64,000 nucleotides of DNA from the human T2T-CHM13v2.0 reference genome, Homo sapiens, in NCBI RefSeq assembly GCF_009914755.1, contig NC_060927.1; one strand, given 5' to 3'. Positions 27,995 to 39,365 of the stretch are shown piece by piece (the first letter of the stretch is position 1; each line of letters begins with the position of its first letter). The notes beneath the pieces were generated by a model. The model saw only the letters and a program-made list of their open reading frames with translations. It was not told where the DNA came from and did no database searches. The position numbers were made by a program, and so were the translations under genes.

Positions 27995-30070
27995 GAAAAT
28001 CCTAAAAAGACTTACTAGACACATCAGAGATGTGTCTCTTCCACATAGAGGAAGCAAAATATTGAGTAAACCTTTCCACTTTAAACAGATCTTTTGAGAG
28101 AAAACAGTGAAATTTACTAGAGAGGTGACTAAAGATACCATGGTTGAAGAGCAAGAAAGCAAGACTGTCTGGTTGGTGTCACTGGGCTCCAAGACCAGCC
28201 CCGAGACCTGGACCAGACCCAAGGAAGGTGTGAGTGAAAAAATCCCAGGGCATCCCATTCCCGTTGCAGACCCCTGACATTCTAGCTACAAGAGTTCTCA
28301 TGACCCCCACAGACGTCTGAACAGGTAGGTGGAGCTGCCTGAAGACCACACCAAGGCACTGCTTGAACCTGCATGGAGCTCAGATGCTTCGGTGTGCTGG
28401 GAAGTTGTAGCAATAGGAAACTCCGGGCGCCCACCCTTTGGGGCTCTACATCGTGCCCTGAGCAGCTGTAGCTTGTGCTGTCTGCTAGGCCGGGAGAGAA
28501 TGGGGCTGGGACCGGCTAGTGTGCCCAAGATAGGCCCCACCACCATTGCCACAGAACCGAAATGCACTAGAACCACGTGTCCCCGTATCTATGAGTCCCT
28601 CCCAAGACTCCAGGCCTGGCGGTTCCCATCACAGCATAGCCTCCTTTGCCCCACCTGAGTGGTTTGCTGGCAGCCTGTGAACAGTCCACGCCCATCACAG
28701 CTGGTGCTTGACCTGAGAGGCCCGAGGACAAATCCGCTGGCCTACGACCATTTCTCCAGCACTTGACCACGCCTGCAGGAGGTATAGCAATGTGATTGTG
28801 CTTTTATCTCAAACAAAAAATGAGCACCCACTGTCAGAACACAGAGAAGAGTGTGGTACCGGTTTGTGTGGTGGCATAGACCAGGCCAGGGAGGGTATAG
28901 CCAGATTGCAGTGGTCTCAAAAATGATAAACGTGACATCACAACTAATACCATGGAAATTAAAAAGAAATCATCAGAGATTATTATGAACATCTGTATAC
29001 CCACAAACTAGAGAATCTAGAGGACATTGTTACATTATTGGAAATGTACAACCTCCCAAGATTGAACCAGGAAGAAATAAAAATCCTGAACTGACCAATA
29101 ACAAGTAATGAAATTAAATTTGTAATTGAAAAAAAAAGTTCAAAAAGGAAAAAACAAACAAACAAACAAACAAAAAACAGCCCAGGGCCACACAGATCCA
29201 TAGCTTAATTTTACCAGACTTAACAAGGAAAAGCTGGTACCAATCTTATTGAAACTATTCCAAGAAACTGAGTAGGAGGGATTCCTCCCTAACTCATTCT
29301 ATGAAACTGGCATCACTATGATACCAAAGTTAGGCAAGGAAACAACAAAAAACCCAAAACGGGCCAATATCCCTGATGAACAAAGATGCAAACATTCTCA
29401 ATGAAATACTAGCAAACAATCCAACAGCGCTTCAAAAAGATAATTTATCACAATCAAGTGGGCTTTGTATCAGGAATGCAAGGGTGATTGAACATTTACA
29501 CATTAATAAGTGTGATTCACCACATGAACCGAATTAACAACAAAAACCATATGATAATCTCAATAGATGCAGCAAATGCATTTGATAAAATCCAACATCC
29601 CTTCACAAACTAGGCATTGAAGAAATACATCTCAAAATAATAAGAGCCAACTGTGACAAACCCACAGCCAACATTATACTGAGTGGGGAAAAGTTGAAAG
29701 CATTCCCCCTAAGAACTGCAACACAAAACCAGGATGTCCAGTCTCTCCTCTCCTGTTCAACCATAGTAACGGAAGTCCTAGCCAGAGCAGTCAGGCAAAA
29801 GAAATTTAAAAAGACACCCAAATCGGAAAAAAGGAAGTCAAGTCTCTTTTTACTGATGACATGATCTTCTACCTAGAAAGCCCTAAAGATTCCTTCAAAA
29901 GGCTCCCAGTCTTGATAAATGATTTCAGTAAAGTTTTAGAATACAATATCAGTGTATAAAAATCAGTACCATTTCTATACATCAATAATGTTCAAGCTGA
30001 GAATCAAATCAAAAACTCAATCCTATTTAAATAGCCACAAATATTACCTAGGAATACATTTAGTCGAGGA
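27995..30070 (+). mobile_element. L1 (L1PB/L1P4-type): 5'UTR joined directly to ORF2 RT region
   Basis: GC-richer 5'UTR-like block to ~28918, then ORF2 ('caacctcccaagattgaaccaggaagaaata', 'gcatttgataaaatccaacatccc', 'gatgacatgatcttctacctagaa'); disrupted by stops and indels. Confidence 0.85.
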
Positions 30071-30071
30071 A

Positions 30072-30311
30072 TATATTTATTTATTTGCTTTGATTACCAT
30101 TTTAATAAACACATAAAAATTGTACATATTTATGGGGTACAAAATGACATTTTGATACATGTATAGAATGTGTTAAGAACAAATCAGGATAATTAGCATA
30201 TTCATCACCTCAAACATTTATCATTTCTTTGTGTTGAGAACATCCAAAATCTGCTCTTTTAGCTATCTGAGAATATACAATAAGTTCTTAATTATAGTCT
30301 ACCACTACACT
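30072..30311 (-). mobile_element. L1MA 3' end fragment
   Basis: 'tgtacatatttatggggtac..atcacctcaaacatttatcatttctttgtgttgagaaca'. Confidence 0.85.
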
Positions 30312-31339
30312 TTTTGCTTCCACTAATAATGTCCTCTTGTTTTTTTAGACATATCATTAAACCCCTACCAACTATAGCCGTCACCAAGTGGAAGTTTTTC
30401 CTCTCTGTTTCCTTCTCTCCATTCTAATAGGATACAACCTTTAGGTTTTCATGCCTCATTTCTAACTTTTTAATTTTATTGTAATAAAGTATTATTATAC
30501 TTTTAGAACATTATTGAACTTTTTCTGGAATTACGTCTCTTCTGTATTAAAAATCCTTACTTAGCTATTTCAATATATACCAAGTCCCTTTGTCATTATT
30601 TCCAACAAATACATGACCAATTTACTAAAAGTAAACACATTTCCAATCATTTTATAATGACCCATTAAATCTACATTTTTTACAGAGTTCAGCACTCACA
30701 TTTTCTTATCTTTTTATATTTTTCCACATTTAATTTGATACATTTGAATTTTTGGTTAAAACTGTTTCTTTATTATTGATCTTAGAGTTTAGGCTGATAT
30801 TGCCTTCCATGTATATATGTAAAGATTTGTATTTTATGGTGACAGGTGAATGATATCTTAACTAGACGTAGATTTATTAGGCTCCCTTTTTACAGCATTT
30901 GATAAATGATATTTTTATGCTTCTCAAGTTGTTGATTCTTACTCTGCTACAGGTGACTTTCTTTGTCTGGCAATTTACCAGAATCTGCATTTATATTTTC
31001 AAGGTTGTACCTAGAGCTATATTATTTTCAAATCTGCCCTATCATAAACTTGGTGAAACCATCCATTAGAAAGCTCCAACATTTCTTTATTACTTGTTTA
31101 ATTATTTCATCTTTTTTCTCTTTTTCTTTCTTCCCTCTTGTGGTAATTTCATGACAGTTTGTTGGTACTCTACATTCTGGTCTTCTCTGATACATCTGCT
31201 ACCATTTACTATTTACTGTTATAATATAGCTCGATGTACATTCAGATTTAATATTTGTATTCAGTGGGAGAGGCAGGCAGAATGTGCTTATTGCGTCAAA
31301 TGGGTAAACTTGGAAACTTCTTGGAAACTTCTTAGTGAT

Positions 31340-31590
31340 AGAAATGAAAAAGAAAAAAAAAGATTAAACAGCAGATTAAACAAGGATGAAACTGAGCTAG
31401 TAAACCTGAAGATAGACATAAAAATTACTTTAAAAGTAACAAAGATAAACATGGAGATAAAAGTTATGCAAGACAAGATCAGAAACATGAAGAATAAAGT
31501 ATGGCATACATTAAATCAGAATTCCAGAATTAGGTAATAAAGAGAATGAATGAGAGAAAATATTTAAAGAGACTTAGCTGAGAAATGAAA
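31340..31590 (+). mobile_element. Old L1/HAL1 ORF1 coiled-coil remnant
   Basis: Translates LNSRLNKDETELVNLK..., resembling the L1 ORF1p heptad region. Confidence 0.55.
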
Positions 31591-32469
31591 CATATTGCTA
31601 AAGTTAATAGAACTTCTGCTTATCTAACACCACTCTAAAATATGTAAAGCTGGAGAAGAAAGATAGGTATAACATGTAATAAACAAAGATTTTGTTTTAA
31701 AATTGTTAAAGCAATCCCATATATCAATAACAACAACAACAAAAAACAGAGAAAAATGAACAAATGATATGAGGAGGTTTTTCTTTTTGTTTTGTTTTCT
31801 GGAAGAGAAAACACTAACGGAGGATAAAAATATATACAAAATATACTGTCTTGGTAATCAAGGAAATGCAAATTAAAACTCTAAGGAAACCTCATTTTAC
31901 ATGTGTTTAAATGTATTAAACACTTATTCTATTGAGCACTCATTAAACAAAGGGCATTGTCCTAAGAACTCAAGGGGCTGTAAAGTTGGAAAATGTAAAG
32001 CAGATTAACTGCTATGGATAACGGTACAGAAAAATAATTTCTACAGAGACAGAGTAAGAAAATGTTATCCCATTTAATGGTAACATTGTTAACTGTAAAT
32101 TATTGGAATAATAAAATGAATGTATGAAAAAGGAGATTTTCTATTTAAACGACATATAGAGAAATAGTAAGATACACTAACCTTCCCCAGCTGTGAAAAT
32201 GCAGGGTTAACTCAAATTTTTCATAATTTTTAGTCTTTTGAGATGGAATTAATTATTCTCTTTATTTATCATATTGGACTAGCCCTTATAACCTAAAAAT
32301 TACTACTACGTATGTCTGCTTCTCTCAAAACATGGTAAAAACATTTAGAACAGCAATTGTTTTTTCATCTTGGATAGCTAGAATCATCACTGTGTATGTC
32401 CATAAAAAATTTTGGTTGCATGAATAAAATGTATAAAACCATTTATTCAATGTGATAAAAATGGAATAC

Positions 32470-32750
32470 CAGGCAAAGAAATCTCTATTGTCTTGGATAG
32501 ACAGTGAAAAATCAATGAAGATGGACTGACATGATCAAAATCATATTTTAAGAAGATTAATTTGCCTGCACTGTACTTGATAGACTGGAGAAAGAAAGAG
32601 ACTGAGTTACAAGACAATTAATATAGTCCATTATGAGGGAATAAGCATCTCAACAAGGGTGGCAGCACACAGTAAAGATAATGGGACAATTCAGCAGGCA
32701 AATTGAATAATAAATGGAGAGGTGTTAAGAGCTCATTGGTAGGTATTGAT
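32470..32750 (-). mobile_element. L2 fragment
   Basis: 'tgacatgatcaaaatcatattttaagaagattaatttgcctgc..gactggag..gagactg'. Confidence 0.6.
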
Positions 32751-33343
32751 GGCTAGGAGAAAACAAAAGCAGGAAGGAAGAAGAATATTTGTTCAATGTG
32801 AACTTCTCTATAATATTCTGAGAGGATCATTTCAATTGCATGTTATAAGAAGAAATTAATCTAGTAAACCAGTTAAGTAGAAACAAACACCAACACAATA
32901 AATTGTGTGTCAATAATATCTAGGGCAGCTCAGAATTAAAACAAGTAAAAAAATGTTGATAGTGCATGAAAATATGCAAATTAGTTGGTGTGGAAATTAC
33001 TTCCGGAAGATGAATATTGTAAAGGATTATATTAACAAAAGAGTAAATAGAATTAGAAAATAAGAGTAGCAGATGTTATCTTTTGTTTTCTACTTGTCGG
33101 AGCCAGCATGTCTTGTGTTCTCAACTTATGCTTTAAATTCCTGTTGTCCACCTTCCACTAATCATCAGGTGTTTGAATTTCATCTCAACACTGGATAGGG
33201 AAGCTAGAAAAAAAAAGTGGCACAATGCTCTGGAAGCATTGCTAAATAAGTTCGAAAAATTTGGCCTTTATATTGTCAGATTTTTCACGTATAATTTGCC
33301 AATATGATTTGGGATATTTGCAATATGTTTTAAGACTTTAAAG

Positions 33344-33873
33344 CAGTGGTCCCTAACCTTTTTGGTGCCAGTTTTGTGGAAGAAAATTTTTTTGTGGACT
33401 TGGGTTAGGGGGATGGTTTTGGGATGATTCAAACACATTACATTTATTGTGCACTTTATTTCAATTGTCATTACATCATAATATATAATGAAATAATTGT
33501 ACAACTCACTAATGTAGAATCAGTGGGACAGTCCTGAGCTTGTTTTCCTGCAACTAGATGGTCCCATCTGGGGGTGATGGAAGACAGTGACAGATCATCA
33601 GGCATTAGATGCTCATAAGGAATGGGCAACCTAGATTCCTAGATTCCTTGTATGTGCAGTTCACAATAGCGTTCTCACTCCTATGAGAATCTAATGCACC
33701 CACTGATCTGACAGGAGGCGGAGCTCAGGCAGTAAATGAGCAAGGGGGAGAGGCTGTAAATACAGATGAAGCTTTGCTGGCTCACCTGCCACTCACCTCC
33801 TGCTGTGTTGCCTGGTTGCTAACAGGCTACAAAAATCAGTACCAGTCCCTGGCTCAGCGGTTTGGGACCCCTG
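33344..33873. mobile_element. MER1A (hAT-Charlie DNA transposon)
   Basis: TIRs CAGTGGTCCCTAACC / GGTTTGGGACCCCTG, 530 bp, perfect 8-bp TSD CTTTAAAG (33336-33343, 33874-33881). Confidence 0.95.
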
Positions 33874-35451
33874 CTTTAAAGGATTGAAAAATTATTTCAC
33901 TTCATTGTCTATCTGTTTATACACGCATAATCTATGCTTCTCACTCTGTTTTATATCTACCTGAATAGCAATATATAAAAACAGACATAAATACATTCAA
34001 ATTAGACTAAAATATTCCTGAACACTCAGAACTGTATTCTTATTCAAGATCCCAAAATTAATTTCAAAACATGATTTTAAATTTTCTAATATAGATAATA
34101 CTTACTTTATACTGTAAGAAAGAACTCCCATGAGGTATCCCCTGAAATCTAAATATACTTATTTAGCTTGGGTACAGTTTCTCTTTGAAGAGCTTCTCTT
34201 TATGTTTACTGTAATGTTGCAGATGTATACTATTTCAAGTTAAAATTTAACACATCATGTGGTGAATTATCATTCTCCACTATACCCTTATCTGCATATA
34301 TTTAATGGTTCATAATTCACAATATATTTTCATAGATTTTATCAGAAAAATGCTAAAATTATTTAAAGTCAAAATAACCAATTTATATTAAAATATTATA
34401 AAATGAAATATCCTTGCCAATCAGTTTCTCTATCTCTAATGTATGAAAATGAGGTTTGCTTATTACAACTTCAAAAGAAGAGCTAATTGATGATAGGTGC
34501 TTATAATAAGACCTCCAGTTCTTTGGAAGAAAACTCACCAGGGTAGTGGTATGTAAATAAATGCTTTTGGTTTTGATGATTTGGGTATAAAATTGATCCT
34601 TTAACCAAAATCTGTATTTGTAGTCATCATTGACATGAAAGCTGATTTCTCCATGAAACAGGTTATTGGCACATTCATTTCCAACCAAATCTCTTCTTGT
34701 CACTCTTTGAATTGCATTTTTTCCCTTTGCAGAATTATTACAAAACATCTACAACCAAAACATTTCTCTTTTAAATAACAACAAAACCATTCTATGGGAC
34801 CAAATTCTTTTCAATGCATCTTTTTCAGATGCTCCAAAATTAGTAACATTTTCTGTTATCTGTATAATTATGCTACCAGGTTCCCTAAGGAATTAAGTTT
34901 CTGTGTAAATAACTGTATCATGAAACATAATACATACAATGACTATCTAGTTTGCAACAAACAAAAAATATATGACTATGCTCTAACATTACACACACAA
35001 TTCATATTTATGTTTCAATCCTTCATACATGCTAAAGTCCAAACCTTGCAACCCACTGAAGTCACCAATAGTAACTTTATTAACTATTTTATGGTTAACT
35101 ATTAACTATTTTTATTTTATTAGACTTGCATCTTTTCTGCTTTCTTTCTATTAAATTAAATAAAAAATTTTACCATTTAATGAGAAATGTTATCTGAGTC
35201 TCATATTAGAGATCAGGTGACATAAAATAATAACTTTATTTGGCTCCTGTCCCAAGAAATTTAAAGATTAATCTTCCAACAATTAAAATGTTTGATTCTT
35301 ACTTCCATAATCCCCATGTTGTACCTTAGTATCTGGACTAGATTCAGTATATTAATTTACATAATCCCACCCTATATATGAAAATAACTGACAATAAAAA
35401 TTTTGAGAAATATTTACTTATCCAGTTAGAATGAATTGTATAAGGTACCTT

Positions 35452-36984
35452 ATACAATTGGGGTGGCCTGTTGCGAGCAGCCACTGGAGGGACGTCAGCT
35501 GCAGTGGGGGAGGCAGGGCCAGGGCTGCATGCTCCACGGAGCTGGCAAGAGCCAGAAACAGGCAGGAGCTCCCCTCTCCCACCCCCACCCCAGCCACCAA
35601 GTTGGCGGGGTGGGTGCCCCATGCTCCCAGGCGAAGCTGAAGCCACCCAACTGCAGCTTCAGACTCAGGCATCCCTGTGCCCTCGGGGGCCCAGGAAGGC
35701 CCTCCTGTCCTTGCAGGCTCAGAAGCTCATGCTCCCACTCCCTGGCCTCTCCCCACTCCCAGCACCTGCTTCGAATTTGGAGCAAAGTTGTGGCTGAGCC
35801 CGGGGAACTGACGTGCTCCGGCCAGGTGTGCACCAGGTGTGCATTGCTTGAGGCGGTGCTGACATGTCAGCCCCTCATTGCCTCGGCCCCTTCTGGACTT
35901 CAGGAGCTGATGAGCATAGGAAGGAGGTCCGGGGGTGTTTAGGGCAGCTAGGCGCAGGCCTGCAGGCACCCCTTAGCACGAACACCCTGGCCGCCATGGA
36001 CGGCGTATTGATGATGGTGGAGGCAGACAGGTTCCTGGGTGGAAAGGGATGGGTACCTGGTAGAGCCCCACCTTCAAGGCAGGGACAGCCTGAAGCCTAG
36101 GGGCTGGACTGCAATTTCCTGGTGGAGTCCACTGTTGGAGTGAGAACTTACAGTGCTTTTTCCAGGTCTGCTTATGGCCACTCATGGACCAATCAGCACA
36201 CACTTCCTCCCCTCTGAGCCCATAAAAACCCTGGATTCAGCCAGACTCACACAGACATTGGGACGACCTGCCTGTGGAAAGGAGCTGCGGATTTGGGTCT
36301 CTGAGAGCTGTTCTATTGCTCAGTTAAAGCTTCTGTCTTCCTTGTTCACCCTCCAGTTGTTTGCATACCTCATTCTTCCTGGACACAGGACAAGAACTCA
36401 GGACCTGCCAAATGGCAGGACTGAAAGAGCTGTAACACAAACAGGGCGGAACCATGTTCCCCCCCGCCACTCACCACACTGTGGGCAACCAGAAGAGAGG
36501 AGCTGTGGCATTCTGGGAGCCGAGAGCTTGGGGCTCCCTCAGCCAGGGCTGTGACACTCTGTAGCACCCTTTTGGGGCTCTGGGGTTCCTGGCATCTCTG
36601 CGCTTTCAGGTGCCACCATGTTCCCCTTGTCCAGATGCTGGTGCCCACAGCAGAAGCCTCTTGTAGTACATCTGGTCTAGCCACAGCCTCGCATGGAGCC
36701 GGCACCGGTGCCAGTGCCTGGAGCTGCCTGCCCTGCCACAGCCAGCGTGTCTGGCTGTGCGCAGTGGCTGGACCCCATGCTTGCTCGCTCACACACCCTT
36801 TGCTGCTCTGCACCTGGCTTGCAGTTGGCAGGCATGGGATCTGGCTGGTAGCATAAGCCAAGTGCATCCTGCCAGGCCGAGTGGGCAAAATGAGACCAGT
36901 GGGCCTGAGCAAAACTTGGGCAAAGGTTTAACCAGTCAAAGAGGTTTCCGGCTGGAAAAACGACACCCTAAGGAGAGTGTGACA
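35452..36984 (+). mobile_element. MER52A-like ERV1 solo LTR (copy 1)
   Basis: GC-rich 1.5-kb LTR, TATA-like CATAAAAA, ends GTGACA; homologous to 39366-40849; 5' terminus replaced by a palindrome arm. Confidence 0.9.
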
Positions 36985-37353
36985 TTTTCTTATGAGATTG
37001 AAATTAAGCAAAAACAAAAATGTAACATTCACCAAACACAAAATGTTCATTTGCTTATGCTCATGGTGAAACAAATATGAGAATAATCCTGTTTCAGAAG
37101 TTATTTTGTATGACGGGTGGCCACATAAAAAATTAATTTACATTATCAAAACTTTATAGTATTAAGTTAAAATCAAAGAAAAACTTGTATTTTATGTCTT
37201 TAATCACATATTACTTTTAATACAATTTTTATTTGAACTTTCAATAAAAAATTGGTTCATAATCACAACCAAAGATCACAAAGATAAATAAAGTATAGCT
37301 ATTATCAGTATAAAAGGTCTTTGGTTTTTCTACTTATAAAATATTTACCTTAA

Positions 37354-37658
37354 TTTTTTTTTTTTTTTTGAGATGGAGTCTCGCTCTGTCGCCCAGGCTA
37401 GAGTGCAGTGGCACGATACCGGCTCACTGCAAGCTCCGCCTCCTGGGTTCACGCCATTCTCCTGCCTCAGCCTCCTGAGTAGCTGGAACTACAGGTGCCC
37501 ACCACCATGCCAGGCTAATTTTTTTTTTCTTTGTATTTTTAGTAGAGACGGGGTTTCACTGTGTTAGCCAGGATGGTCTGGATCTCCTGACCTCATGATC
37601 CACCTGCCTTGGCCTCCGGAAGTGCTGGGATTACAGACGTGAGCCACCGCACCCGGCC
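37354..37658 (-). mobile_element. AluY
   Basis: 'gcaagctccgcc', 'ttcacgccattc'; TSD ACCTTAATTTTT / ACCATAATTTTT. Confidence 0.96.
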
Positions 37659-37677
37659 ACCATAATTTTTTAAAATT

Positions 37678-37756
37678 AAAATTAATTGTGGTTTTTGCCA
37701 TTAAGCATAATTAAAAGTAATGGCAAAAACCACAATTAATTTTGCACCAACCTAAT
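37678..37756. mobile_element. MADE1 (Hsmar1-derived MITE)
   Basis: Perfect 26-bp inverted arms (37678-37703, 37718-37743) plus TIR end GCACCAACCTAAT. Confidence 0.93.
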
Positions 37757-38159
37757 CGTTTTAATTGCCTAAGAACTTAGAGTAAGCTAGAGCTTAAATA
37801 CCATTTGTAATATCCACTTATTTTTCTGTAAGTTAGATAAAATATCTTAGGGAATTTTAAATAACAATTAAACACTTCATCATTTTGCAATTCTCTATCA
37901 GTGCTTTACCATTTTCAGGAAGGTTTATGGTGATTTGTGATGAGGAGGAGCCATTGCTGAAGGTGGAGTATATTCATCCTCTGTGAGCACCAGTGAAAAA
38001 TAACCATGCGGGAAGGCCCTGCAACACATGGTATAATTAGCTTGGTTAGTTTCTCTGCATGTTCAGATTTTGAAAAATCTACAGTGAATAAAATTGTCCT
38101 TTTCAGAAAAACAGCATTATTTTTATGTTAACCATGTAGTTTTATTTTTACGTATCATA

Positions 38160-39358
38160 TTTTTTTTACCTTTTATTTTAAATTTAGTGGTACAAGTGCA
38201 GGTTGGCTAGATAGGGACACGTGTGTCCTGGGGGTTTGTTGTACAGATTATTTCATCACCCAGGTATTATGCTTTGTAGTAATTAGTTGTGCTTCCTAAT
38301 TCTCTCCCTCCTTCCATCCTCCACCCTCCAGTAGTTCCCAGGGTGTATTGTTCCTCTCTATATGTCCATGCGTTCTCATCATTTAGCTCCCACTTATAAG
38401 TGAGAATATGTGATATTTGGTTTTCTGTTCCTGTGTTAGTTTGCTTAGAATAATGGCCTCCAAGTCCATCTATGCTCCTGTAAAGGACATGATATTGTTC
38501 TTTTTTTATGCCTGCATAGTGTTCCATGGCGTATATGTACTACATTTTCAAATCCAGTCTATCATTGATGAGCATTTTAGGTGGATTCCGTATCTTTGCT
38601 ACTGTGAATAGTGCTGCAATGAACTCACATGTCCATGTGTCTTCATAACAGAACAACTTATATTTCCTTGGGATTGCTGGGTCGAATGGTATTTCTGTCT
38701 TTAGGTCCACCACACTGTCTTCCATAATGGCTGAACTAGTTTACACTCCCACCAACAGTGTATGTGTTCCTCTTTCTTCACAACCTCACCAGCATCTGTT
38801 ATTTTCTGACTTTTTCATAAGAGGCATTCTGACTGGTGTTAGATGGTATTTCACTGTGGTTTTGATTTGCAAATGATCAGTGAGGTTGAGCTTCTTTTCA
38901 TATGATTATTGGCCACATGTATGACTTCTTTTGAAAAGTATTGGTCGGGTGTGGTGGCTCACACCTGTAATCCTAGCTACTTGGGAGTCTGAGGTGAAAG
39001 GATTGCTTTAGCCTGGGAAGTAGAGGTTGCAGTGAGCCAAGATGGCACCACTGCACTCTAGTCTGGGCAACAGTGTGAGACATCATCTCAAGAAATACGT
39101 AAATAAATAAAAAAGAGAAGTGTCTGTTCATGTCCATTGCCCACTTTTTTGTGGGATTATTTGTTTCTTGTAAATTTGTTTAAGTTCTTTATAGATGCTG
39201 GATATTAGACCTTTGTTGGTTTACATAGTTTGCAAAATTTTTTTCTCATTCTGTAGGTTGTCTGTTTACTTTGTTGATAATTTACTTTGCTATGCAGAAG
39301 CTCTTTAGTTTAATTAGATCTCATTTGTCAATTTTTGCTTTTGTTGCGATTGCTTTTG
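38160..39358 (-). mobile_element. L1PA13-16-like 3' portion
   Basis: 'gggggtttgttgtacagattatttcatcacccaggt..ttctcatcatttagctcccacttataagtgag', continuing into the ORF2 end; interrupted by an Alu monomer. Confidence 0.92.
38943..39114 (+). mobile_element. Monomeric Alu nested in L1
   Basis: Single ~170-bp arm with A-rich tail; TSD-like GAAAAGTATT / GAGAAGTGTC. Confidence 0.9.
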
Positions 39359-39365
39359 TTGCAAC

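Noticed and set aside
31094-31537. 147-aa ORF with coiled-coil character
   Set aside because: Decayed L1/HAL1 ORF1 remnant fused to AT-rich sequence
35344-37080. Dense overlapping ORFs up to 180 aa
   Set aside because: They lie within a GC-rich MER52 LTR where stop codons are rare; all frames give non-protein-like sequence
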